DNA of 64,000 bases. Source: a virus (taxonomy: Duplodnaviria > Caudoviricetes). The stretch spans positions 3,433-67,432 of IMG/VR virus record IMGVR_UViG_3300020016_000006; one strand, 5' to 3'. The notes under the pieces were generated by a model. That model did not search any database. It saw only the letters and a list, made by a program, of their open reading frames with translations, and was not told the DNA's origin. Made by a program: the position numbers and the translations under genes. Below, one piece after another: positions 54,618-63,747 of the stretch; position 1 is the first letter of the stretch, and every line of letters starts with the position of its first letter.

Positions 54618-57499
54618 TTCAGCTTCGCCTAAGATCTGAGTATTGCTTCCGCCGGGCCTTTGGCCGAGTAGAGAAGGTGCTGGATTCGGCGGAAGGAGAT
54701 GCCGTTGCCACAACGGACCCAGGTTCATGGGGCCACGCGATCTTTTATAAGGCGGCAAAAGCCAGGCAACGGAGAGCTCTACTTGGCTGCGAAGTGTATG
54801 TGATCCCCTCACATGAGGATGAGAAGGAAAAGCGTGGCGGAGTGTACGGTGCATTCCTTGCTAGGAATCAACGAGGGCTGGAGGAGTTATATGAGTGGAT
54901 CACAATGGCCAATCAAGCACCCCGGTTCTACCATTGGCCACGACTCGACTACGCTGATATCAATCAAGCAACTAAAACGCGCAACTTGGTCTACTTATCG
55001 GGATCTGGTGCCAGGATTGATCTCCTCAGGAACCGTCCGAACGTCTATCTGGAAATCAATCCGTCGAACCCTGCATGGAACAGAAGGGCAATGAAGGAGA
55101 AGGGGTGGAGCAAAGTCGTTTGCTGCGACAATCTCTATCCTACCGTCAGCGATCGAGTGGCGTGGGAAATATTGAGTGGTCTTGGTCCCGGCAAGAAGGG
55201 CCTCGGTGCTCCCGGCAGGACTAGTCCTCAGCATATTCTGAATGAGGATGAACTTCGGCTCGCTTGCCCCGAGGCGGGACGTGAGGAGTTTTTGAATACC
55301 GAGCGGATCGCAGCTGAGTGTGATGTTGCGATGCCGAAGGCGACAATGGTTAAGATGGACTGGCCTAAGACACTAGAGCAGATGTGTAAGGAAGGGTGTA
55401 AGCGGCGAGGGTTCAAGACGCATCGTAAACCAAGTGGCAAATGGTCTATGGCTGATGAAGTTTACAATGATCGCCTCTGGCTGGAATTGGAGATGATCCA
55501 TACGAAGAAATTTGAGGATTATTTCTATGTCATTGCCGATTTGGTTCAAGAAGCCAAGAAACATATGCTTGTCGGCCCTGCTCGCGGCAGCAGCGCTGGG
55601 AGTTTGGTCTGCTACCTTCTGGACATTACGGACGTGGATCCAATCGTACACGACCTTATGTTTGAACGTTTCATCGACATCACACGTGCCGATCTACCCG
55701 ACATTGACATCGACTTCCAGGATAACAAACGAGAGTTGGTCGCTCAGCACTTGTCCTCCAGATATGGAGCTGAGCGTGTTGGACAGCTTGGGACCATCCT
55801 CACATACAAGGCTAAGTCTGCCATTGGTGATGTGGCAAAAACAGTCGGCATTCCCATGTACGAAGTCGCAGACCTCAAGGGAGCAATAATTGAGAGGAGC
55901 AGTGGAGATGCCCGAGCGCAGTTCTGCATCGCTGATACATTTGAGACGCTCGACATTGGAAAGGAAATGCTCAAGAAATATCCGTCGCTTGCCTTGGCAG
56001 GCGAATTGGAGGGGCATGCTCAGTACTCTGGGACTCATGCTGCTGGAGTCATCGTTACCAATGATCCGGTCACTCGCTACGCCGCCATCGATCATAGCGG
56101 CTCAGCCCAGATTGATAAGAAATCCGCGGAGGTTCTCAACATCCTCAAAATTGACGCCTTGGGGTTACGAACCTTATCAGTCCTCCAAGACACGCTTGAT
56201 CAGATTGGTAAAGATCGAGATTGGCTCATCCATTACCCATTGGATGACACCGAGGCATTTGAGGTTTTTAATGAGGAACGCTTTACTGGAATTTTCCAAT
56301 ACGAAGGTAAGGCACTTCAGATTCTCACCAAGCAGATGAAGATAAGGAGCTTCGATGATGTCGCTGTCATCACCGCACTGGCTCGCCCCGGCCCTCTACA
56401 TTGTGGGGCTGCTAACGAGTTTATTGCTCGTCGTATTGGCGCTAGTCCAGTTAGTTATCTCCATCCAGTTGCGAAACCATTCACAGAACAAACCTACGGA
56501 ACCGTCATCTATCAAGAACAGGTAATGATGATATGTAGGCACATCGGGCAATTGTCATGGGATGATGTCCAGACGATTCGCCGGGCAATGTCTAAATCAA
56601 TGGGGGATGAATTCTTTGGAAAATATCTTGAGCGATTCGTTGAAGGAGCGATCCGACAAGGCATGGTCGGAGCTGATGCAAAGAATGTCTGGGACAAGAT
56701 CTGCACTTTTGGCTCTTGGGCATTCAATAAGAGTCACGCAGTTAGCTATGGACTCATTAGTTACTGGTGTGCGATGCTTAAGGCCCGATACCCCCTTGAG
56801 TTTGCCGCCGCATGTTTACGGAATGCATCTGATGAAGAACAAAGCATCAAAATGCTCCAAGAAGTCACAAAGGCTGGGCTAGAATATGTTCCTGTGGATT
56901 CTGAAAAATCTGGGTTGACATGGAGTGTAGTGGATGGGAAGCTACTTGGTGGGTTGACGAATATTAAAGGTGTTGGCCCGAAGAAAGCTGAGCAGATTCT
57001 AAGGTGTCGCGGAAACGGCGCGGCCAGAAGTCTCCCCCGAGGATTACGCACGCTCCTAGAGGCTGCACAGACGCCCTACGGCGACATTTTCCCCGGCCAG
57101 CGGCGATTCGCGGACCTCTACGCTGATCCGCCGAAGTACAACGTCCATAGTGGGGCAATCAGCTTTTGCCAAGATATGTCGGAGCCAGGTGAGTATGTCT
57201 TTATTGCTCGGATCAGAGAAAAGAACCAACGGGATATGAACGAGGCGCACTCTCTAGCCGCCAGAGGCGGCAGAGTGATCAAACGCAATAACCTCTTTCT
57301 CAACTTGGTACTTGAGGATGATACTGGATTAGTGTTTGCGACGATTGGCCGATTCCAGTATTCTGCCATCGGCAAGAAGATCATTGAAGAAGCCAAAGTT
57401 GGTGATTGGTTTCTCTGGAAGGGGAAAATTGAGCCTAAGTGGCAGAAAGTCTACATTGAGAAGTATCGCAACTTGGAGACTGATGAATGGCCGAAGTAA
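54614..57499 (+). CDS. dnaE: DNA polymerase III alpha subunit (family C)
   Basis: PHP-like N-terminus, GPARGSSAGS, PDIDIDF, HAAG, LKID.LG, FNKSH, OB-fold C-terminus. Confidence 0.96.
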   Translation: MIQLRLRSEYCFRRAFGRVEKVLDSAEGDAVATTDPGSWGHAIFYKAAKARQRRALLGCEVYVIPSHEDEKEKRGGVYGAFLARNQRGLEELYEWITMANQAPRFYHWPRLDYADINQATKTRNLVYLSGSGARIDLLRNRPNVYLEINPSNPAWNRRAMKEKGWSKVVCCDNLYPTVSDRVAWEILSGLGPGKKGLGAPGRTSPQHILNEDELRLACPEAGREEFLNTERIAAECDVAMPKATMVKMDWPKTLEQMCKEGCKRRGFKTHRKPSGKWSMADEVYNDRLWLELEMIHTKKFEDYFYVIADLVQEAKKHMLVGPARGSSAGSLVCYLLDITDVDPIVHDLMFERFIDITRADLPDIDIDFQDNKRELVAQHLSSRYGAERVGQLGTILTYKAKSAIGDVAKTVGIPMYEVADLKGAIIERSSGDARAQFCIADTFETLDIGKEMLKKYPSLALAGELEGHAQYSGTHAAGVIVTNDPVTRYAAIDHSGSAQIDKKSAEVLNILKIDALGLRTLSVLQDTLDQIGKDRDWLIHYPLDDTEAFEVFNEERFTGIFQYEGKALQILTKQMKIRSFDDVAVITALARPGPLHCGAANEFIARRIGASPVSYLHPVAKPFTEQTYGTVIYQEQVMMICRHIGQLSWDDVQTIRRAMSKSMGDEFFGKYLERFVEGAIRQGMVGADAKNVWDKICTFGSWAFNKSHAVSYGLISYWCAMLKARYPLEFAAACLRNASDEEQSIKMLQEVTKAGLEYVPVDSEKSGLTWSVVDGKLLGGLTNIKGVGPKKAEQILRCRGNGAARSLPRGLRTLLEAAQTPYGDIFPGQRRFADLYADPPKYNVHSGAISFCQDMSEPGEYVFIARIREKNQRDMNEAHSLAARGGRVIKRNNLFLNLVLEDDTGLVFATIGRFQYSAIGKKIIEEAKVGDWFLWKGKIEPKWQKVYIEKYRNLETDEWPK

Positions 57500-57726
57500 C
57501 TTCAGGTTGGTGTCGGCCACGTGGCGTGTTGCATGATCACTTTTACCGTAAAATCGGAGAGCAATGTGCATGTGGAAAATACGACCATAAATATATAAAT
57601 TATGCTAAAATGTATTGCCCATTGTATCTTTCACCAACAAAGCCTGATAAGCTCTGCATGATGGCAAGTAAGTACATTCCACGGGGGAGAACGGAAGATG
57701 GTAACAGAACGAATCACCACGACTAA
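57487..57726 (+). CDS. Cys-rich hypothetical protein
   Basis: Multiple Cys/His. Confidence 0.4.
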   Translation: MAEVTSGWCRPRGVLHDHFYRKIGEQCACGKYDHKYINYAKMYCPLYLSPTKPDKLCMMASKYIPRGRTEDGNRTNHHD

Positions 57727-57874
57727 TCTGAAGTACCTTTGGCACGAGGTGATTGGAAATGTCACAACCAAGCAAAAACGCTACCGCGTCATGGCGCGGG
57801 ATAAGGTGGTTGGTGCACTCGTGACGGCTGAAGACCTTGAACTCCTCGAAAGGATGGATCGCAATGGCCGATGA
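57698..57874 (+). CDS. Phd/YefM antitoxin-like protein (not in ORF track)
   Basis: MVTERITTTNLKYLWHEVIGNV....YRVMARDKVVGALVTAEDLELLE fits the Phd/YefM N-terminal pattern. Confidence 0.65.
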   Translation: MVTERITTTNLKYLWHEVIGNVTTKQKRYRVMARDKVVGALVTAEDLELLERMDRNGR

Positions 57875-58064
57875 TCGGAAGCGCAAGGGTGACTCCTACC
57901 CCGGCATAACGCATCCTGCGGTAAGTGCAGTGGCCTGCCCAACTTGTAAATCACCCAAGGGTGCACCATGTAGGTTGGTTAACTTCCCTCGGCACACCCG
58001 TACCCACCGCACGCGGCTGAATCTCTGGCGTGTTCAGCAGCAGGAGAAGGGAGGCAAGAAGTGA
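57864..58064 (+). CDS. phage zinc-finger protein
   Basis: CPTCKSPKGAPC..H..R. Confidence 0.7.
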   Translation: MADDRKRKGDSYPGITHPAVSAVACPTCKSPKGAPCRLVNFPRHTRTHRTRLNLWRVQQQEKGGKK

Positions 58065-58324
58065 ACTTCTGGCCATTAGCATCTTGGCTACTTGCTCTTA
58101 TATCTGGTGCAGCATTTGGCCTCTGGTATTCTGCTGAGAATACTGGATTTGTAATGCGACCGATTTCCCACTTTTATTCTAATGGAGTTGACTCGACGCG
58201 GTGTGTTGAGAAGTTGTTACTTGATTATTCTTTCATCACACTTCCTTTTGAGAAGAATATAATCAGTCGGTATGACACGGAGATTCCATTCACGCCTGGA
58301 GTTCACATTACTGGGGGTGATTGA
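58061..58324 (+). CDS. membrane-anchored hypothetical protein
   Basis: N-terminal TM. Confidence 0.55.
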   Translation: MNFWPLASWLLALISGAAFGLWYSAENTGFVMRPISHFYSNGVDSTRCVEKLLLDYSFITLPFEKNIISRYDTEIPFTPGVHITGGD

Positions 58325-58344
58325 TGCAATGGTGCACTGATGCA
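58325..58344. repeat. 20-bp TGCA-rich element, copy 2
   Basis: Identical to 7332-7351. Confidence 0.8.
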
Positions 58345-58384
58345 TTGGTGCAATGTACGAATTGCGGGGCTGATCTAAAGCGAT

Positions 58385-58798
58385 ATGAAGTGGGGTTATG
58401 CGGGAAGTGCATCAATGGGGACTAAGCATGGGCATAGCCCACGACATGGACCAAAGAGTCCAACCTACCAATCATGGCAGCATATGAAGGATCGTTGCTA
58501 TAACAAAAACAGTGAATTTTACCAACAGTATGGTGGGAGGGGGATACGTGTCTGTAAACGATGGTTCTACTCATTTAGTAACTTTCTCAAAGACCTGGGT
58601 GAACGACAATCTGGAACCTCCCTTGACCGAATTGATCCAAGGGGTCATTATACGCCGTCTAACTGCCGATGGGCTACAACAACTGAACAGAATCTTAACC
58701 GGAGAAACTCAAAAATCAATAAGCGGAGAAAACAGAGACGAAGGGCGCCAAGACTTCATGAGGGAGACCGTCGTCATACTCAGGAGGCCGAAGCATGA
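58385..58798 (+). CDS. HNH endonuclease
   Basis: MKDRC..YGGRGIRVC..SLDRIDPRGHY..NCRWAT. Confidence 0.9.
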   Translation: MKWGYAGSASMGTKHGHSPRHGPKSPTYQSWQHMKDRCYNKNSEFYQQYGGRGIRVCKRWFYSFSNFLKDLGERQSGTSLDRIDPRGHYTPSNCRWATTTEQNLNRRNSKINKRRKQRRRAPRLHEGDRRHTQEAEA

Positions 58799-59118
58799 AG
58801 TGCTTCGTTCAGAGTAGCTGCCTCGGAATTATGTGCGTGCTGATTGGCCCGAAGCATGGATTGTATGCAGTGAAGGATGGGCCGGCGAATGGGGTCTTAC
58901 TTCATGTTCGGGATGAGATGGCACCGACAACGTTTGAGACAAAAAAACTCGCTCAGGCAGCAATCGCCCGGACCCGGACATACTTCAAAAAGATCAATTT
59001 GCCAATGGATGAGGATGCGTTGATAATTTTGACTGAAAATCAATATGAGTCAATGCTTGAAGATAAGCTCGATCGCAAGCGCAAACGGCGTGCCAAAAAT
59101 AGCAACCATGACGTCTGA
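58795..59118 (+). CDS. hypothetical protein
   Basis: ATGA overlap. Confidence 0.6.
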   Translation: MKCFVQSSCLGIMCVLIGPKHGLYAVKDGPANGVLLHVRDEMAPTTFETKKLAQAAIARTRTYFKKINLPMDEDALIILTENQYESMLEDKLDRKRKRRAKNSNHDV

Positions 59119-59177
59119 ACCAATCAAATCAATGTGGGGGGATTCCGATGGGTTGTGAGATTTTAGCCTATGGCGAC

Positions 59178-59609
59178 ATGACTACAGAACTCAGGAAATT
59201 TGATCGAAGGTATCACGGATCACGCATTGAGAATGCAGTGGGCAGCGGCACGCCAGATGTAACCCAATGTATCAAGGGAGTGGAGCATTGGGTAGAAATG
59301 AAGGGCATGCAAAAGTTCAGAGGGAAGCCCAGTTCTGTTCTGCATCTGCCTCATGAACTCCGAGACACCCAACGCAAATGGCTCAGGAACAGATGGGATG
59401 CCGGAGGGAATTGCTGGGTCGTGCTCGGAGTCAGAGAACCAAAGGAATGGTTGATCTGGACCGGCCCCGTTGCTGCCGCCTATCTTGGTTTTGAAACACG
59501 AGAACGAATGATTAACCTTGCGGCAGTGCACGTGGTGGGTAACTTCCCGTCAGCGGCATTTTACGAGACCATTCGGGAGCGGCAGTCCGTGATCTCTAAC
59601 CTCTATTAG
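59178..59609 (+). CDS. PD-(D/E)xK nuclease (VRR-NUC/resolvase-like)
   Basis: RIEN..GTPDV..WVEMK..QRKW. Confidence 0.8.
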   Translation: MTTELRKFDRRYHGSRIENAVGSGTPDVTQCIKGVEHWVEMKGMQKFRGKPSSVLHLPHELRDTQRKWLRNRWDAGGNCWVVLGVREPKEWLIWTGPVAAAYLGFETRERMINLAAVHVVGNFPSAAFYETIRERQSVISNLY

Positions 59610-59614
59610 AGGCC

Positions 59615-59678
59615 GTTTCGTTTTTTCCGAACGCGCAACTGCTGGTATCTTTCGCTTTTTCCTGCTGTATAGTATCGT
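59615..59678 (+). promoter_or_regulatory. putative early promoter TTTCGC-N17-TATCGT, with upstream 17-mer identical to the island promoter
   Basis: GTTTCGTTTTTTCCGAA at 59615 equals 8350-8366. Confidence 0.65.
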
Positions 59679-59777
59679 TAGATAGCGGGGAGACGAACGC
59701 CCCGCACTATAGAAGGCAACGCCTGAGGGGCCGACCCCCTCGGCAACCAATTAACCCCGGCCGACCCGGAGGATATC

Positions 59778-60101
59778 ATGAGGAGCAGCAGGAGCTTTAC
59801 GCTTCAAGGCGTCGAGATTCAGTACAGCACGCGCACGACGAAGGGCAACGATCCCACCGTCATTCAGACCTACAGAATCATCCGCCCCGGTTGGAGCGAC
59901 ATCATCCTCACTGAGTTCTTCGGTGACTGGCAGTTTGAATTGGATGACATCGATGAGCGTGGCCTCACCCACGACGAAATCACTTCACGTTTGACCGCTA
60001 GGGCACTTCCAACATTAATGCAGATTGAAGATGAGAACGGCAATCTTGAAGAGGCAGAAGCCGCTGAATACATCGATGACGGCATTTACGGGGAGGCATA
60101 A
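59778..60101 (+). CDS. acidic hypothetical protein
   Basis: GGAGG RBS; first gene after promoter. Confidence 0.75.
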   Translation: MRSSRSFTLQGVEIQYSTRTTKGNDPTVIQTYRIIRPGWSDIILTEFFGDWQFELDDIDERGLTHDEITSRLTARALPTLMQIEDENGNLEEAEAAEYIDDGIYGEA

Positions 60102-60105
60102 GACA

Positions 60106-60516
60106 ATGCGCGCAGAAAAGTTTCGGATCGCGACCGGCATGGCTGCCTTCGCGAATCCTCAAGATACCTTGCTCCACAACGTCTGGGGTTTTGTGAATGG
60201 AGTTCACCTGCGGGAACAGGCGAATCTTCCGCAGAGTTACATGTGGGTGGATAACAATATCCAGGAATGGCCGCGTGAATGGGATCGGGATGGCGACAGC
60301 TATATCCAACGGATCAGCTTCCCCTATCCCGGCGCGACGAAGGGGCAGGCTCAGGAGTTCATTGAGCACGTGTATGGGGTTCACGAGCCTCATCATTGCT
60401 CCGTGCTCGACGCAGGCGGCGATTGCTGCGGACACTGGATTACTTCATGGGCTGAGGTCTGGGGCGGGGACGATGGTGATTGGCATGGGATCGTTCGCGT
60501 CAGTCAGAACGTCTAA
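60106..60516 (+). CDS. hypothetical protein
   Basis: GGAGG RBS, ATG 60106. Confidence 0.7.
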   Translation: MRAEKFRIATGMAAFANPQDTLLHNVWGFVNGVHLREQANLPQSYMWVDNNIQEWPREWDRDGDSYIQRISFPYPGATKGQAQEFIEHVYGVHEPHHCSVLDAGGDCCGHWITSWAEVWGGDDGDWHGIVRVSQNV

Positions 60517-60528
60517 CTGGAGACCACA

Positions 60529-60738
60529 ATGAACCTTCAAGAATATCGCGCACGTGATGCGCAGGTGGAGCGGGAGTTGGAGCAAGTGGGGTACTATTTG
60601 CTTGACTTCTTCTCCTATGCGAGAGTGCCAGATCAAGCATACATAGACCGATTCAAAAAGCTAGTCACGGAAGATCCAGAGTTGAGTGACTATGCGAGAA
60701 AATACATTCTGGAAAGGACAGATTTGCGATATGAATAA
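60529..60738 (+). CDS. hypothetical protein
   Basis: GGAG RBS. Confidence 0.7.
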   Translation: MNLQEYRARDAQVERELEQVGYYLLDFFSYARVPDQAYIDRFKKLVTEDPELSDYARKYILERTDLRYE

Positions 60739-61006
60739 TGTTCCGTGGAATCACCCTGAGCTGGACTCTATTCAAAGTATGCGATTTGAGCAGAGTCCCA
60801 GTAACAAACTGATTGATGTAGTCAGTTGTGAGGGCAGGATGAAGAATGGTATGCCTGTTAAAGTGGAGCTACCATTCCGGCAGTTACCCAAGTCCGACTG
60901 GCATGGCGCCATGCTGGACTATGGACGACGAGACAATGTGAGTCTGAAGGGGCTGGGCATTTTCAACGGAGCAGTGATCACCATCTTATGGAAGAGGTCA
61001 GCATGA
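60731..61006 (+). CDS. hypothetical protein
   Basis: In-operon ORF. Confidence 0.65.
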   Translation: MNNVPWNHPELDSIQSMRFEQSPSNKLIDVVSCEGRMKNGMPVKVELPFRQLPKSDWHGAMLDYGRRDNVSLKGLGIFNGAVITILWKRSA

Positions 61007-61311
61007 GTCAGCAACCTTGGGTGATTTGTCCCGAATGCAATGGTGAAGGCACGATCGTTCACCCTGCGTGTTCAGTCTGGACTCAGGACGATATTGCCGA
61101 GGATCCAGACAGCTTTGAGGAAATGATGCGTGGGACATATGACGTCACGTGTAACACTTGTCACGGATCAGGCAAGATCCGCGAGCCCACTGAGGAGGAG
61201 TTACAGGATCAGATTGACCTCGCAAACGACGCGAGGACAAGAGCAGCCGAGAACGGTGATGCTGAGGCATATCACAATTCGGCAATTCGCAGGTACTACT
61301 ATGGCCACTGA
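61003..61311 (+). CDS. DnaJ-type zinc-finger-like protein
   Basis: CPECNGEG and CNTCHGSG. Confidence 0.75.
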   Translation: MSQQPWVICPECNGEGTIVHPACSVWTQDDIAEDPDSFEEMMRGTYDVTCNTCHGSGKIREPTEEELQDQIDLANDARTRAAENGDAEAYHNSAIRRYYYGH

Positions 61312-61472
61312 ACCCAGAAAGAAACGTTCAGCGCATTCATGGCTCCGACGAGCAGACATGAATATTCAAAATGCTTTAGGAGATGGACGACTAGATGATG
61401 AGCAGAAGTCTACGCTCTCAGGAATGCGATATGAGATAGCTGAGATCATACTTCAGATTACAGGAGAATCAA

Positions 61473-61769
61473 ATGTTACTTGAAGGGAAGGTCTGCGTGG
61501 AGTTCATGCGGATCGCCATGACGCTCTCAGGGATCACACTTGAGCGCAAGACAGGACTGTATATGACTCGGCGCATTAAGGCAAGCTACATTGCCAAAGA
61601 TGACCTCGCTCGCGCCGGGGTCAAGTACAAGGGCAAGCCTATCTCCCGGCGCACCCGCATCCCACTTCTGGAGTTGTACGAAATCTATGAAGCATATTAT
61701 GAGAAGTACAAAACGGAAAATCACAATGTGTTGCGGGAGAACATCACAGACTACACCGGGAGAGAGTGA
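61473..61769 (+). CDS. hypothetical protein
   Basis: AGGAG RBS. Confidence 0.65.
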   Translation: MLLEGKVCVEFMRIAMTLSGITLERKTGLYMTRRIKASYIAKDDLARAGVKYKGKPISRRTRIPLLELYEIYEAYYEKYKTENHNVLRENITDYTGRE

Positions 61770-62054
61770 TGATTACATCCTATGATAGATACAAGCAAAT
61801 AAAGGGGATATGGACCAATAAGCAAATAACATGGTCCGAATATGTCGCTGTCATTTTCCACCGATACAATATTCTATCGGAGGCATGATGGATACGGGGG
61901 TGTTTATCAGGGCCAATATTGGACAAAAGTATGAGTCTGTTGATATTGGCGATCCACGATTGAGTAATGAAGAATTGACTCGATTCCTGGCCGGGAAGTC
62001 AATGGACTGGTTGATTGGTCTGATTCTTATTCTTCTCGGCCGAAGGGAAGGTGC

Positions 62055-62252
62055 ATGATGGAGCAATCAAAGCAATGCCCCAAGTGCGGGGATACTGCCT
62101 GGTGGAACAATTACTGTGGTGCGTACGTATGTGGTGGATGCGATCACCACCTGGGCCTCGCCCGGTGCTACTGCGGATGGGCGGAAGATGGCGGCAACGG
62201 CAAGGAGCAGTTAGAGGAGCTTGGTGAAACAATTGAACCGGAGGAATACTGA
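62055..62252 (+). CDS. Cys-rich zinc-binding protein
   Basis: CPKC, CGGC, CYCG. Confidence 0.7.
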   Translation: MMEQSKQCPKCGDTAWWNNYCGAYVCGGCDHHLGLARCYCGWAEDGGNGKEQLEELGETIEPEEY

Positions 62253-62524
62253 TGTCACAGATTAACTTGGTAATCAAAGGTGATCGAGTCACTGCTGAGA
62301 AGGCAGCACATGATCGCGGAGTGACGTTTACCTTTGATACGCAGATGGAGTATGAAGCAATTGGAACCGCACCTGAGGAGGACAGGGAAAAGATCGTCGC
62401 ATGGTACCAAGAAGATCTGACGCGCAGAGCACCATTCCCACAGGGATCGCTTCTGTTCTATGGCCGACCATATGTGGTAGGTTTGGTCGATGACCTTAAA
62501 GATGGGGGTCACGCCAATGACTGA
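62252..62524 (+). CDS. hypothetical protein
   Basis: GGAGG RBS. Confidence 0.7.
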   Translation: MSQINLVIKGDRVTAEKAAHDRGVTFTFDTQMEYEAIGTAPEEDREKIVAWYQEDLTRRAPFPQGSLLFYGRPYVVGLVDDLKDGGHAND

Positions 62525-62840
62525 CATGGCACCAAACCCGCGCTCGGAAATTGATACGAGCAATCCACAACATGTTTCGGATATCTTGATTCGCTTTCTG
62601 AATGGGGCGAATGATAGCAAGGTTGAGATGCTGGTTGAATGCATTTCCCAGGAACACCGTACACTCCAGCAAAAGTTTTCGGGCTTCGTGGTCCACTGGA
62701 TTAAGAACTGCGTATATAACAAACATGGACATGATGGTCGTAATGAAGTATCCGTCACATTCTGGAAAGATTTGGCGCCATTTATTGAGAATCGGTTGCC
62801 CTCTGGGCTTCAATATTTCAGACGGTTCCCGATTGTATGA
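62511..62840 (+). CDS. hypothetical protein
   Basis: EHRTLQQ motif; in-operon. Confidence 0.65.
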   Translation, partial: TPMTDMAPNPRSEIDTSNPQHVSDILIRFLNGANDSKVEMLVECISQEHRTLQQKFSGFVVHWIKNCVYNKHGHDGRNEVSVTFWKDLAPFIENRLPSGLQYFRRFPIV

Positions 62841-63166
62841 GACGACAACTCAGCGTACCAGAGAGACATCAACTCAAGATCGCTCGCGACATCTTGAAGA
62901 TGAATGATGTGTTTGTAAAAATCATGGGCGGAATGACCAAGGACGAAGCACGAGCCACGATTGCGAGGTTGACCGATGAGAAAGAAAAAGGTTGAGCCTC
63001 ATTGTGAGTCTCGCTGGCGCGAGGGGCGCAGAGGCGCGTTGGTGCCATGCCTTCGACCGCAACAAGTGGAGTTGGTGAGTAAAGGTTGGACCACGCGACA
63101 TTGCCAGCAATGTGCGACTTTACACGTTGACGCATTTCCCAAGAACACCTTCACATGGAGAGATTT

Positions 63167-63493
63167 ATGAGTGGTGAATACACTGGACCAGAACGTCGGA
63201 AGCATCCTCGCGTGCTTCCGTATCACCCTGACGATTCCAGGACATGGCACGATGCTGGACGAAAACTGATCTTCACGACTGAGCGGTATCGCTTGGCTGG
63301 GTATCTGCGTCGTGTTCTGTGCCAAATTGAGGGTGAAGAGAAATGGGTGATCTGGGAGGAGAACCTGGCTGATAGCGAACGAGTGGGTCACCCAGCCACT
63401 TTTGGCGGAGATTATCACTTCTCACTTTTGCGTGCTGTCATTGAGTTTTTCCATCGTGCCGAGAAGGATGGCTTGAAGGTACTGGTGCCCTAA
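63167..63493 (+). CDS. hypothetical protein
   Basis: GGAG RBS. Confidence 0.65.
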   Translation: MSGEYTGPERRKHPRVLPYHPDDSRTWHDAGRKLIFTTERYRLAGYLRRVLCQIEGEEKWVIWEENLADSERVGHPATFGGDYHFSLLRAVIEFFHRAEKDGLKVLVP

Positions 63494-63747
63494 TGAATGA
63501 ATTCAGAGAGAAAATTGCGGAGCTAGCGATCCGGTATCAAAGCATGATTAAGAAACTTGAAGCAATGGATGCCGAAGAAGGATCTGATGAACCATCACAG
63601 ACAGTCCAAGGCCTCAAATCAAATTATGATGCTCTCCTGGGACTTCGTGGACAACTATGGGTGATTGAAGAGATTCTCAAGAATTATCATGAGGGGATGA
63701 ATTTCCTTCAGCGCAATCTTGAGTTTATGGAAAGGACATTTAAATAA
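63493..63747 (+). CDS. coiled-coil hypothetical protein
   Basis: TAATG coupling. Confidence 0.65.
   Translation: MNEFREKIAELAIRYQSMIKKLEAMDAEEGSDEPSQTVQGLKSNYDALLGLRGQLWVIEEILKNYHEGMNFLQRNLEFMERTFK

Noticed and set aside
54614-57499. Intein or intron in dnaE (and in terL or the helicases)
   Set aside because: Lengths are ordinary, motifs are contiguous and no intein splice motifs or frame breaks were seen.
15390-63418. Numerous minus-strand and alternate-frame ORFs in the track
   Set aside because: They are shadows of well-supported + strand genes, without RBS or recognisable motifs.
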